Assembly (NCBI GenBank): GCA_002457155.1
Contig: NTJS01000003.1
Span: forward strand, 1,201-65,200
Reading direction: 5' to 3'
Source: Marine Group II euryarchaeote MED-G35
GTDB taxonomy: Archaea > Thermoplasmatota > Poseidoniia > Poseidoniales > Thalassarchaeaceae
Length of the DNA stretch: 64,000 bases
The notes under the pieces were generated by a model. That model had not been told where the DNA came from, did no database searches, and saw only the letters and a list, made by a program, of their open reading frames with translations. The translations under genes were made by a program, and so were the position numbers. Within the stretch, counting starts at the first letter, position 1. Each line of letters begins with the position of its first letter. Positions 28,553 through 37,056 of this stretch are shown piece after piece.

Positions 28553-28597
28553 TTTTTTTTCCTCCTTATTTTTTCAAGCCTAGGCTTGGAATCTGAT

Positions 28598-30661
28598 TTA
28601 GTCAACCTCCACGTATTGCGTTCGAAGGCCGAATGGGTTGAAAGCCTCCCCGCTTGAGTCATAGTACTGCCTCATCCACTCTACAAAGTGCAATCTTGCA
28701 GCGTGAATGTTCGGACTGAATACTCCCAGCCCCCATGCGAAGAACTGAACCGCCAACCAACCGAGTATGAGTACGATTGCCATTAGGGGCTCGTCAAAGG
28801 AAATTTCATCGAATAGCATGGAATTTCCAGTTTCTGCTATTTTGACACCCACAACACCAACCGCAAACAATCTGACATAAGATATCACCGTGGGCATCAT
28901 GCCAACTGCTTCTATGGGGGCAAGTCCGATATTGATTGGAAACGGTACCCCATGATACTTGTACAGTGTCCACATTAGCATCACAGTTGCGACAACCGCA
29001 ATCGCTGCACCCGGTTCCATCATCCAGTCGGCCGGCCCGATGAAGCCATAGGCAAACATGAAGCCACCAACTAGTAGAATCATCCATGCGCCTTTCTCAA
29101 AGAATGCACAGACGAACCCAAATCCTCCATGACCATTGCCGAATAGCATAATGTCCCTGAATCCAATCACCAGTCCAAGGAATACGTGAATCACACCCAA
29201 ATAGATGGTTAGTAGGATCAAATGTTCTAGATTCCCCTGGCTATCAACCATGACCACTCTGTGGAAGGGAAAGGCCAGTTCGATTCCTAGTGGAAGTGAA
29301 GCACTCCATGCGTGATAAGTCCCCTCGGCGATATCTGGGTAGAACATCTGCAGAGCTACTGCCGGGTTTGAACCGTAATGGGGGAAAATTTCCCATCCAG
29401 CAAACTCTGCGTATAGGTAACCGAAGACGACGGTCCCGAATCCAATGTACATCAGGAATTTACCGCCCAATTTCAGCATCTCGTTTGTGCCAGATTTCCT
29501 CATTAGGAATGCACCAAGACCCATTGTCACGAGTCCGTATGCCATATCGCCAAGCATAATGCCGAAGAAAATAGGATAGGTAATGAACATGAATACCGTG
29601 GGGTCAATTCTTCCATAAGCAGGCCTTCCGACAGCATCGGTTAGCAATTCCATTGGTCTGCTCGAGTTCCTTTCTTGGAATGCAATGGGGGGCATCTTCT
29701 GACTGTGGTGTTGGTCCGTGTGCCCGTGACCCCCTCCGCCTGCTTCCATCTCGAATGGGGTTACTTCTGTGAATAGGCATATATCCTTCAGCGCCCTTTG
29801 GACTTCTTCGGATCTGCCCATTGCAACCCATCCATCGATGACAAAGGCGTGCTCGGACACGGCTATTCTAACTGGAGCGGTCAACACGTCATGATCCCTC
29901 TCCAGGACTTCTAGTCCACAAAGAAGCATCTCCCCATTCGATTTGCTCCAATCTTCTATCCTTTTTTCTAGGTCGTACTTCTCTCCCTCTAGGGTGCCCT
30001 TCGCCTTCCTAACCTCAGATAGTCGATCAGTAGCCGAACCCTCTCCCTCTGGAATCTGAATGGTTTCGAATCCAACTCGTTCCAGTTTGGAAGAAGTTTG
30101 TCCAGATTCTTGGTTTCTGACGAACGCAGCTATTAATCCTGACTTTCCGGTTTTCCCCTCGATGATTAACCCGGACCCCACAGCCTCTCTTGCTTCAGCA
30201 ATGTTTTCCACGGTTCCAACGAATGATGTGATCGTTTTGTAACCACCAAGAAGCTCAAGGTCAATTCCTAGAGGAGAGATTTGTGAGAGGGCTTCCTCTT
30301 CTTCCATCAGGGAGGAGATTTCATTTTCCAAGTCATCAATTCTCGAACTATCCAAAAGAACCTGATCAATCTTGGAGGGCAGGTCACCTCCCAGAGAATC
30401 CCTGACCGGGCCAGAGGGAACTGGTCTCGTTGGGCCCGATGCCTCCACTACCGAAGCCGCTGCTCTTGCCTTGACCAGTTCGCGCCCTACCACCTCCGAA
30501 CCCTCTTCCGGAGAACCAAGCGAGAACCCATCTTCACTGCCGTCGTAATCGATAATGTGCAAGGCCTCGAGACGGGCAAGGATATCTACAGCCCGCCCCA
30601 AATCTTCCTTGTTCCCAGCAGCAACCATCCGGCCCATCTGCTGAGTATTTACTTGTGACAT
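28598..30661 (-). CDS. atpI: A-type ATP synthase subunit I (a)
   Basis: 687 aa with a soluble N-terminal half and a polytopic C-terminal half containing YVRLFAVG, the conserved Arg region of a/I subunits. Confidence 0.9.
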   Translation of the reverse strand: MSQVNTQQMGRMVAAGNKEDLGRAVDILARLEALHIIDYDGSEDGFSLGSPEEGSEVVGRELVKARAAASVVEASGPTRPVPSGPVRDSLGGDLPSKIDQVLLDSSRIDDLENEISSLMEEEEALSQISPLGIDLELLGGYKTITSFVGTVENIAEAREAVGSGLIIEGKTGKSGLIAAFVRNQESGQTSSKLERVGFETIQIPEGEGSATDRLSEVRKAKGTLEGEKYDLEKRIEDWSKSNGEMLLCGLEVLERDHDVLTAPVRIAVSEHAFVIDGWVAMGRSEEVQRALKDICLFTEVTPFEMEAGGGGHGHTDQHHSQKMPPIAFQERNSSRPMELLTDAVGRPAYGRIDPTVFMFITYPIFFGIMLGDMAYGLVTMGLGAFLMRKSGTNEMLKLGGKFLMYIGFGTVVFGYLYAEFAGWEIFPHYGSNPAVALQMFYPDIAEGTYHAWSASLPLGIELAFPFHRVVMVDSQGNLEHLILLTIYLGVIHVFLGLVIGFRDIMLFGNGHGGFGFVCAFFEKGAWMILLVGGFMFAYGFIGPADWMMEPGAAIAVVATVMLMWTLYKYHGVPFPINIGLAPIEAVGMMPTVISYVRLFAVGVVGVKIAETGNSMLFDEISFDEPLMAIVLILGWLAVQFFAWGLGVFSPNIHAARLHFVEWMRQYYDSSGEAFNPFGLRTQYVEVD

Positions 30662-30678
30662 CTAATTCCTCTAGAATT

Positions 30679-31002
30679 TCAGGACCTGAAGGCATCTAGA
30701 ATTGCATTAACTGCATCCTCTCTGCTTCCTTCCCCACCGTCGTGAATTGAACCGATCGCCGTGTCTCCTTCTTTGGATACCTTCTGCGCCTCACTTTCGG
30801 CAGCACTTCTCGCTTCGGAAATCTTAGTCTGGGCATTGGTCTCAGAGTCCGACCTTCCTGCTTGGATAATCTCAGTAGCTGTCAGCCTTGCCTTGGAAAC
30901 AATCTCTGCCGCCTTTGACTCTGCGTCAGCCATAGTTTGCTTCGCCTCACTCTCGGCCTGTCTTATTGCTCGTAGAACCTCTTTTCGACCCATTCTATGC
31001 AC
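30679..31002 (-). CDS. atpH: A-type ATP synthase subunit H
   Basis: 107-aa Ala/Glu-rich helical protein (VLRAIRQAESEAKQTMADAESKAAEIV). First gene of the atpHIKECFABD order. Confidence 0.8.
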   Translation of the reverse strand: MHRMGRKEVLRAIRQAESEAKQTMADAESKAAEIVSKARLTATEIIQAGRSDSETNAQTKISEARSAAESEAQKVSKEGDTAIGSIHDGGEGSREDAVNAILDAFRS

Positions 31003-31126
31003 CTATGGTGCATTCGGCGACCGTTGAGGAGTTTATGATGATAACCTCGCGCATCCCACTCGTTTGACGCCGTCTCTGCACCCTCTCGGGAACCTTCCAA
31101 ATACGGCCCTCTCCGGGACAACTAAC

Positions 31127-31834
31127 ATGGACGCGCAGGGAATGGGTGTCGATGATTGGGAAGAACTCCAGAGAAACCTATTGGCTACAATCCCCGTCTA
31201 TGATAGAATCAATCGCTTCGCTACCTTGGGACAGGTTTCAAGATGGCGTCGAATGGTCAGGGGGATGCTCCCGGACGGGAAAATTCTGGAGGTTGGATGT
31301 GGTCCCGGAAGCTTCGCAGAGGATGTGGTTGGCAGGGAGATGGTTTGCCTAGACCCAATTCCCGAGATGCTCGCTGCAGCCGAGGAAAGAGTGAACTCTT
31401 CACGCCAGCAGAGGGGCGATGATCCGGCAATTTTTATCGAGGGTACTGCAGAAGAACTTCCTTTCGATGACGACTCCTTTGACGCGCTATGTTCGTTGTT
31501 CTCATTCAGGGATTGGTATGACAAGAAAGCCGGACTCTCTGAATCCCTAAGAGTACTAAGGCCGGGCTCTCCCATAATTATTGTAGATCCCGCCAAGATG
31601 AATCGAGTTCATGGTTTCCTGGGGATTTTGTGGATGAGGGTCTGGGTAGGGGCTTATGCCAGGTTAGTATGCGGCCAGAGAGACCATCCATGGAAGTGGC
31701 TTACAAAGACGTACTCCGAATTCGGAACAACCAGGGATTATGTTTCTATGTTGAAGGAGGTCGGATTCGTAGATGTCAAGGCTCGAGTAATATTCCCAGG
31801 AATGGCAACTATCTGGTCCGCTCGCGCGCCTTAG
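31127..31834 (+). CDS. UbiE/MenG-family SAM-dependent methyltransferase
   Basis: YDRINRFATLGQVSRWRRM (UbiE/COQ5 N-terminal signature) and the SAM motif ILEVGCGPGSF. The start is set at the ATG at 31127 (MDAQGMG) rather than the upstream TTG. Confidence 0.75.
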   Translation: MDAQGMGVDDWEELQRNLLATIPVYDRINRFATLGQVSRWRRMVRGMLPDGKILEVGCGPGSFAEDVVGREMVCLDPIPEMLAAAEERVNSSRQQRGDDPAIFIEGTAEELPFDDDSFDALCSLFSFRDWYDKKAGLSESLRVLRPGSPIIIVDPAKMNRVHGFLGILWMRVWVGAYARLVCGQRDHPWKWLTKTYSEFGTTRDYVSMLKEVGFVDVKARVIFPGMATIWSARAP

Positions 31835-32931
31835 AATAGCCAGAAGACTCTCCGACAGGTCACAGCCCTCCAAATCATCCCCTTAGTCAGACGGTTGAAT
31901 GCAATATTCAGGACCCAATCGGGTAATCTGAACATAATGCTCCCAATGGCGAAAGCCCTCTTCGAGTTTCGCATCACATTCCCCATCTGGGATCCCCATC
32001 TCTTCTCATATTCTTTCAGGTCCGTGCCGTTATTGAGATGCTCGGAAATCACCTCACCTGCAATCCTCCCTCCAATCATCGCGATGGTGATACCTGCCCC
32101 GTTTGATGGCAGCACCATTCCTGCTGAGTCCCCGACCAACAGGTAATTGCCCTTCACAAAAGTACGAACGGCCCCTGACATCGGAAGATATCCAGCCCCT
32201 CGAAATTCCTCCTCTCCTTCGAATCGTTCGATGAAATCATTCGCATATTCCTCTAAGCTCCTGCCTCCAGACATACCTCTTTGTATCCCCAATCCAATAT
32301 TCGACCCTGAGTCCTTAGGGAAGACCCAGGCGTACCCACCCGGGGCCACGGATCCGAAGTGCAACTCTAACGCGTTGGAATGACTCCCATTCTTGAGTGC
32401 GAATTTTACAGGGATGTTAAGGGAACCCTCGTCCCAATATCGCTTTCGAATCGGGTCATTGTGCCCTCCGGCTCCGACAATAACCCTGCCCCTCATAGTT
32501 GCCCCATTGGATAGGACTACTGAATCCCCCTCGACACGCTTGACGCGCTTCCCTAAGAGATAATCTGCACCCTTTGAACGTGCTAGCTCGACCAATGCCT
32601 CATCGTGTGCGACCCTGTCCAGCACCATCCCTTCGAAATCGAAGTCCAAACCCTTGCCATTTGGTTTGACAATCCTCATTTTCTCGCAGATCCTAGAGAC
32701 GGCATTCTCAGGAGTTCTGAACAGGTCGTCCATTTCTGGGACTCGAGGGCAAAGCCTCTTCATCTCCTCATTTGTAGGGACCAACTCTCCGCATTGCAGC
32801 GGAGAACCTATTGGGTCCCTTCCATCAATAACCAAGACACTCAAACCACCTTCCGCTGCATACCTTGCAACGGTGCTACCTGCTGGCCCGCCACCGATGA
32901 TTATCGCATCCCAATACTTCTCCTCGTCCAG
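31831..32931 (-). CDS. Geranylgeranyl reductase family flavoprotein; the N-terminus extends beyond the track ORF
   Basis: My own translation upstream of the track start gives LDEEKYWDAIIIGGGPAGSTVARYAAEGGLSVLVIDG, the FAD Rossmann GxGxxG. The track ORF (TTG at 32844) would delete it. The frame opens after the TGA at 32941-32943, and the only start-like codon before the Rossmann strand is the CTG at 32931-32929. A later block, LVGDSAGMVLPSNGAGI, is also typical. Confidence 0.75.
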   Translation of the reverse strand: MDEEKYWDAIIIGGGPAGSTVARYAAEGGLSVLVIDGRDPIGSPLQCGELVPTNEEMKRLCPRVPEMDDLFRTPENAVSRICEKMRIVKPNGKGLDFDFEGMVLDRVAHDEALVELARSKGADYLLGKRVKRVEGDSVVLSNGATMRGRVIVGAGGHNDPIRKRYWDEGSLNIPVKFALKNGSHSNALELHFGSVAPGGYAWVFPKDSGSNIGLGIQRGMSGGRSLEEYANDFIERFEGEEEFRGAGYLPMSGAVRTFVKGNYLLVGDSAGMVLPSNGAGITIAMIGGRIAGEVISEHLNNGTDLKEYEKRWGSQMGNVMRNSKRAFAIGSIMFRLPDWVLNIAFNRLTKGMIWRAVTCRRVFWLF

Positions 32932-32944
32932 GGGAGCACCTCAG

Positions 32945-33928
32945 TTAGTTGGTCCTTGACTCCGAGATCAAAGCAATCTCCGTTAGCATTTCCTTCTCCT
33001 CAGAGTCGGGGAGCTCTTTGATATGGTCCAAAGCCCTCTCCACATGGTTAGAAACAAGTAATTTAGCATATTCGAATGAACCAGCCTGCTCCAGGAGTTC
33101 GACCAACTCATGCAGCCTGTCGTCTCCGAAGTTGGTCAGGACGTCTCTTAGTTGATCCCTATCGGCCCCATGTAGCATTGTTAGTGCGTAGATGATGGGC
33201 AACGTCATTTTCCCCTCGTGGACATCCGTTCCGCGCGGCTTTCCCATGAGTTCGTCCCCTAGCAAGTCCAGTATGTCATCCACAAGTTGGAAGGCTCTCC
33301 CCAGCTCTATTCCGTAGCCCCACAATGCATCGGATATCTCCTCTCTTGAACCTGCTACCATTGCGGCGCTCGAGCATCCTGAGGCGAAGGGCCCAGCAGT
33401 CTTTCCATCGATAATTTTGTAGTAGTCCTCTGGACTGGTATTCAGGTCATGTATGTGCTCGAACTGCAGGATCTCTCCAGACGCTATCCCCGCGCACGAG
33501 TCTCTCACCTTTCCGACTACTCTTTCGTCGTACTTGGCCGCGAGTTCGAAACCCAATGCGAAAAGGTAATCCCCAGAGATTATCGCATGAGAGGTCCCAT
33601 AAGTCGAGTGTATTGTCGGTTTACCACGCCGCATTTTTGATTGATCGTACACATCGTCATGGACTAGAGTCGCTGTGTGAACTAACTCTGAGGATAGGGC
33701 TAGGTCTAATGCCTCTCTGTAGTTATTCCCTCCTGCAACTTTGTAAGAAAGTATGGCCAGTATGGGGCGATACCTTTTCCCTCCTCCCAGAAGCACTTCA
33801 CTGGCTATGGACATCACCGGTTTATCGAGATGCGAACTCATTTTTTCTAGGACCAACTCTTCTATGGAATCCTCGATTAAGTTCTTGATGGAATCTAGAG
33901 TCATTGACTCCAGTTTCTCCGCTTCCAT
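32945..33928 (-). CDS. idsA: Polyprenyl (geranylgeranyl) diphosphate synthase
   Basis: First Asp-rich motif LVHDDVYD...RRGKPT and second Asp-rich motif FQLVDDILD. Confidence 0.9.
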   Translation of the reverse strand: MEAEKLESMTLDSIKNLIEDSIEELVLEKMSSHLDKPVMSIASEVLLGGGKRYRPILAILSYKVAGGNNYREALDLALSSELVHTATLVHDDVYDQSKMRRGKPTIHSTYGTSHAIISGDYLFALGFELAAKYDERVVGKVRDSCAGIASGEILQFEHIHDLNTSPEDYYKIIDGKTAGPFASGCSSAAMVAGSREEISDALWGYGIELGRAFQLVDDILDLLGDELMGKPRGTDVHEGKMTLPIIYALTMLHGADRDQLRDVLTNFGDDRLHELVELLEQAGSFEYAKLLVSNHVERALDHIKELPDSEEKEMLTEIALISESRTN

Positions 33929-33951
33929 GATGTCTTCAGCCTAGGGGTCGC

Positions 33952-33957
33952 ATATAT
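33952..33957. promoter_or_regulatory. Candidate shared TATA element (atatat) in the divergent idsA / HemC-like intergenic region
   Basis: This is the only AT-rich element in the 61-bp divergent spacer. It lies 24 nt from the idsA ATG and 33 nt from the 33990 ATG, spacing consistent with leaderless or short-leader archaeal transcripts. Confidence 0.3.
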
Positions 33958-33989
33958 CAACGGGTGCGCACGCCGCTCAGATTGGGTAC

Positions 33990-35084
33990 ATGGCGTGCCC
34001 CCCCCTTGAGGCGGATGCGATGGAAAACCGGATAGTTGTTGGAACTCTGGATTCTCCTTCTTGCAAAGTGTCTTCACAGATATCCACTCACTTCGAATCC
34101 AACGACCTAGGGGATATAGAGCATTCAGTCATTTCCGTCAAGGGTTTAGATTCTGGAATAAAATCACTTTCAGAGGGGGATCTCGATCTGTTGGCAATCC
34201 CGGCGACAGAGATTTTCGGCAGAGAGGGAGTGATCTCCGATAGTGGCTGTCAGGTAGTAGGAGCCAGAACTCCCAGACGCGCAAGTCAGGTTCTAGTATC
34301 CCCAGACCGTTTGATATACCAGCCCAAGTCCGCAATAATAGTCTCAGATTCAGTTTTGATCCGCAGACAACTTCTCAGGGCGAGGCCAGACTTGCAAGCA
34401 GTCTCATCTGAGGAACTGGGAGGTTTGGTTTCGGGATTTGTGCCACCCGAGGATTCCATAGGCCTACCTAAGGTGCTGGCCGTACTGCTGGAGAAGGGAG
34501 AAATCGACGGATTCGTGATTTCAAGGTCAGAGTACGACGAGACAAACCAGACTGAGAGGAGGCACACTCTGATGTCCCAGCCGAATGAGCGAGGTGCACC
34601 CCACTTTGTCCCACCTCCATATTCTGACCTGATCGCTATAGTTTCTAGAATAGGATTCCCAATTCGATTAGCAGCAAAACTAACCGAACCGGAGGGCAAT
34701 ACCGTTCTTTGGGTCCAGAGCAGGATAATGGCGGATTTGGAAACCTCGATGCATGACGTCGTGGGATTGGAAGTTAGGCACAGGAATGTCGGCGCTATCC
34801 TCAGACAGGCAGAGGCGAATCGCGACTTGGTGTTGGAGCAATCCTGTCACGACCCTGATGGGGAGATTTTCCACGATGAGGTCAGGGTTGAGATACGGAT
34901 GGAAACACTGTCCAAAGATGGGAGGAGGACTCTATCATTGGAGAGGCTAGTGGCAATGAGCGAGTATCAGCGGGCTGTCATTGCTCTTCTGATGGACTGG
35001 GGAAATCTCGTTAACGAGTCCACAAGGGATGTCCCTCGTGATCACCCCACCGACGAAGATGCCTCGCCGTTTATCCCAGAATAG
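33990..35084 (+). CDS. Porphobilinogen deaminase (HemC)-like protein lacking the cofactor cysteine
   Basis: Colinear by-eye alignment to E. coli HemC over the whole length: [11 protein letters not shown] / [22 protein letters not shown] / [33 protein letters not shown] / [37 protein letters not shown] / [37 protein letters not shown] / [21 protein letters not shown]. The GGCQVP cysteine block is replaced by TSMHDV. Confidence 0.5.
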   Translation: [364 protein letters not shown]

Positions 35085-35132
35085 CAACCGTAACGATAGT
35101 ACGCCCCTCAAATCACCATTTACTCGCAAAGA

Positions 35133-36125
35133 TTGGGGCAACCGATAACTAAGGAACCCTCTCGAGGAGTTATTGTTATCATGAGGGTGGACTCTAATTT
35201 ACTGAACTCCCTCTATACGGGGCGCCTTCAGAATCTGAGACAGAGGGCGGAGAGTTCGGGGATATCTAAGTCCGGTTCAGTCGAGGTTCTCCGAGCCCGA
35301 TTGATTAGGCAACAGGTCCTCGCAGAACTAGATTTGTCTTGGGAAGGAATCCAGTCAATGTCCCACAAGGAAATGAGGGATGTTCTGAAGGTCTTCGGAA
35401 TCAAGTCTTCGGGATCTCACAAGGAGAGGAGACAGCGGCTTTGGTTGCATCTGAGTTACGACTCACGAAGGATGACAATCGAGAATCTGGCCGAGATGAA
35501 TAGGGACGACTTGCATGAGATGTGTAAGAAACTAGAGCTGGATCTTACTGGGAATCGAACCGTTCTGATGGGAAGGGTTGCAGGAGTGCTGACAAGTCAG
35601 ATGAATGGATGGGGGAGGATCAAGAGGAGCCTGAGAAGGAATGGACTCCAAACCTCTCCTTTCCAGGAATCAGAACCAGAAGTCAAGGTGGAAGGGGAGA
35701 CAACTCCGGAGATTGCCATAGATGAATTCCATGCAGTTCCCGCCGAAGCCTTGCTGGAGGATGCCAGTGACTCATTATTGATGGGGCTGGACAATCAACC
35801 CAGTCACGTACAGGGGGATATTCTGACAATTCATGCCAGAGTGGGTGATTTGGAGAGGATGGTGGGGACCATCCTAAGGGGTCACGGAGGTTCATGGGGA
35901 GATTCTGAGAGGGACCTCCTACTGCGACTAGCCGACAGGAGGGGTTGGCCAATTCACGAGCAATTCGTCAAGCATCGGGTCCTCATGGTCGCGACCAACA
36001 TCGCCGAAGTAAAGGGTGCAGAAATGGCATCAGGCGGGGAAAACAACCCATTAGTGGAGGATACGGGAGCAGCAATTGATAGAATCAGGTCTAAACTATC
36101 TTCGCTAGATTCAAACGGCGAATAG
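35133..36125 (+). CDS. Hypothetical protein with three tandem SAP/HeH-like motifs
   Basis: Three spaced helix-extended-helix motifs: LQNLRQRAESSGISKSGSVEVLRARLIRQ; HKEMRDVLKVFGIKSSGSHKERRQRLWLHL; RDDLHEMCKKLELDLTGNRTVLMGRVAGVL. Confidence 0.5.
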   Translation: MGQPITKEPSRGVIVIMRVDSNLLNSLYTGRLQNLRQRAESSGISKSGSVEVLRARLIRQQVLAELDLSWEGIQSMSHKEMRDVLKVFGIKSSGSHKERRQRLWLHLSYDSRRMTIENLAEMNRDDLHEMCKKLELDLTGNRTVLMGRVAGVLTSQMNGWGRIKRSLRRNGLQTSPFQESEPEVKVEGETTPEIAIDEFHAVPAEALLEDASDSLLMGLDNQPSHVQGDILTIHARVGDLERMVGTILRGHGGSWGDSERDLLLRLADRRGWPIHEQFVKHRVLMVATNIAEVKGAEMASGGENNPLVEDTGAAIDRIRSKLSSLDSNGE

Positions 36126-36132
36126 AGGCGAA

Positions 36133-37056
36133 TCACGAAGAACTGGAGAAGAAACCGAATCTTGGCTCTGAGATTTCCATCGTAACGTCCCTGAGGTGCT
36201 CTATGGCATCCTCTGCCGCTTCTCCAGAGGAGCCAGCCGAGATGCAAGCCGCAACAAGGTCATCGTATCCGACTAATTCCCCCCCATTAGAACTCATTAT
36301 TCCCAATATGACGTCTCTTGGATCAGCATTCTCGTTTGACTGAACAGTAGGCTCACTAGTAGGCTGGAAATCATTGTTAGAGACAATTTCCTTAGTTTCT
36401 TCCGCTCTTCCGAGGGCCCTTGAGAAAGCCTTGAGAACCCAAACCCTGTAAGCCTCTGTATCAAATTCAGAGTAATGTTCTCGAGATTTAACCAAACCCG
36501 AAACAAGATCAATCGGAACCCCAGAGTTTCTCAATCCTTCTTCGGTTAATTCAGCCCCTTGTGACGAATCATATGCACTCAGCCTCCTGAGAGTAGCATC
36601 AGCAGCCTCCACCATCCATGATTTGTATGTCTCGAGATCTATTTCGGTGAAGTTCTCAGCTCTAATTGAGGTGAAAATACCACCATCCTCAGATTCCCTA
36701 GTTTGTTGTCTTCCTATCATAGAAACAAGAATTGAGTCTCCCGTTTCAAATCTTGCTAGAAGCTCCTCTGCATCAGGATGAAGCTCTGGTTGGAATGGAG
36801 CCACATTGAAGTAATGAGTTCCCGAAGGATCTCTGAGTTGTCCGGCATAGTAAGGTCCTGAATCACCATCCCTCCTCTCCATTCTTTCTAGACCCCCGCA
36901 GACCAGACAACGATTCACCCTCGCACCTAGCTTGGTGATGACAAAACTCGGTGCAAACTCGCCTATGCCCCTCTCTACTAAGGAGGACTCTGAGTACTCC
37001 TGCGCAAAAATCCGAATTGCACTCTGCCTGCCTACTCTTACTCCAGATGTTGACAT
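36133..37056 (-). CDS. RPA-associated OB-fold protein (COG3390 / Rpap / RPA32-like)
   Basis: RIFAQEYSES...FVITKLGARVNRCLVCGGL...YYAGQLRDPSGTHYFNVAPFQPE...SIRAENFTEIDLETYKSWMVEAADATLRRL follows the pattern of the protein encoded downstream of euryarchaeal rpa genes. ATGA start/stop overlap with the RPA gene at 37056. Confidence 0.65.
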   Translation of the reverse strand: MSTSGVRVGRQSAIRIFAQEYSESSLVERGIGEFAPSFVITKLGARVNRCLVCGGLERMERRDGDSGPYYAGQLRDPSGTHYFNVAPFQPELHPDAEELLARFETGDSILVSMIGRQQTRESEDGGIFTSIRAENFTEIDLETYKSWMVEAADATLRRLSAYDSSQGAELTEEGLRNSGVPIDLVSGLVKSREHYSEFDTEAYRVWVLKAFSRALGRAEETKEIVSNNDFQPTSEPTVQSNENADPRDVILGIMSSNGGELVGYDDLVAACISAGSSGEAAEDAIEHLRDVTMEISEPRFGFFSSSS

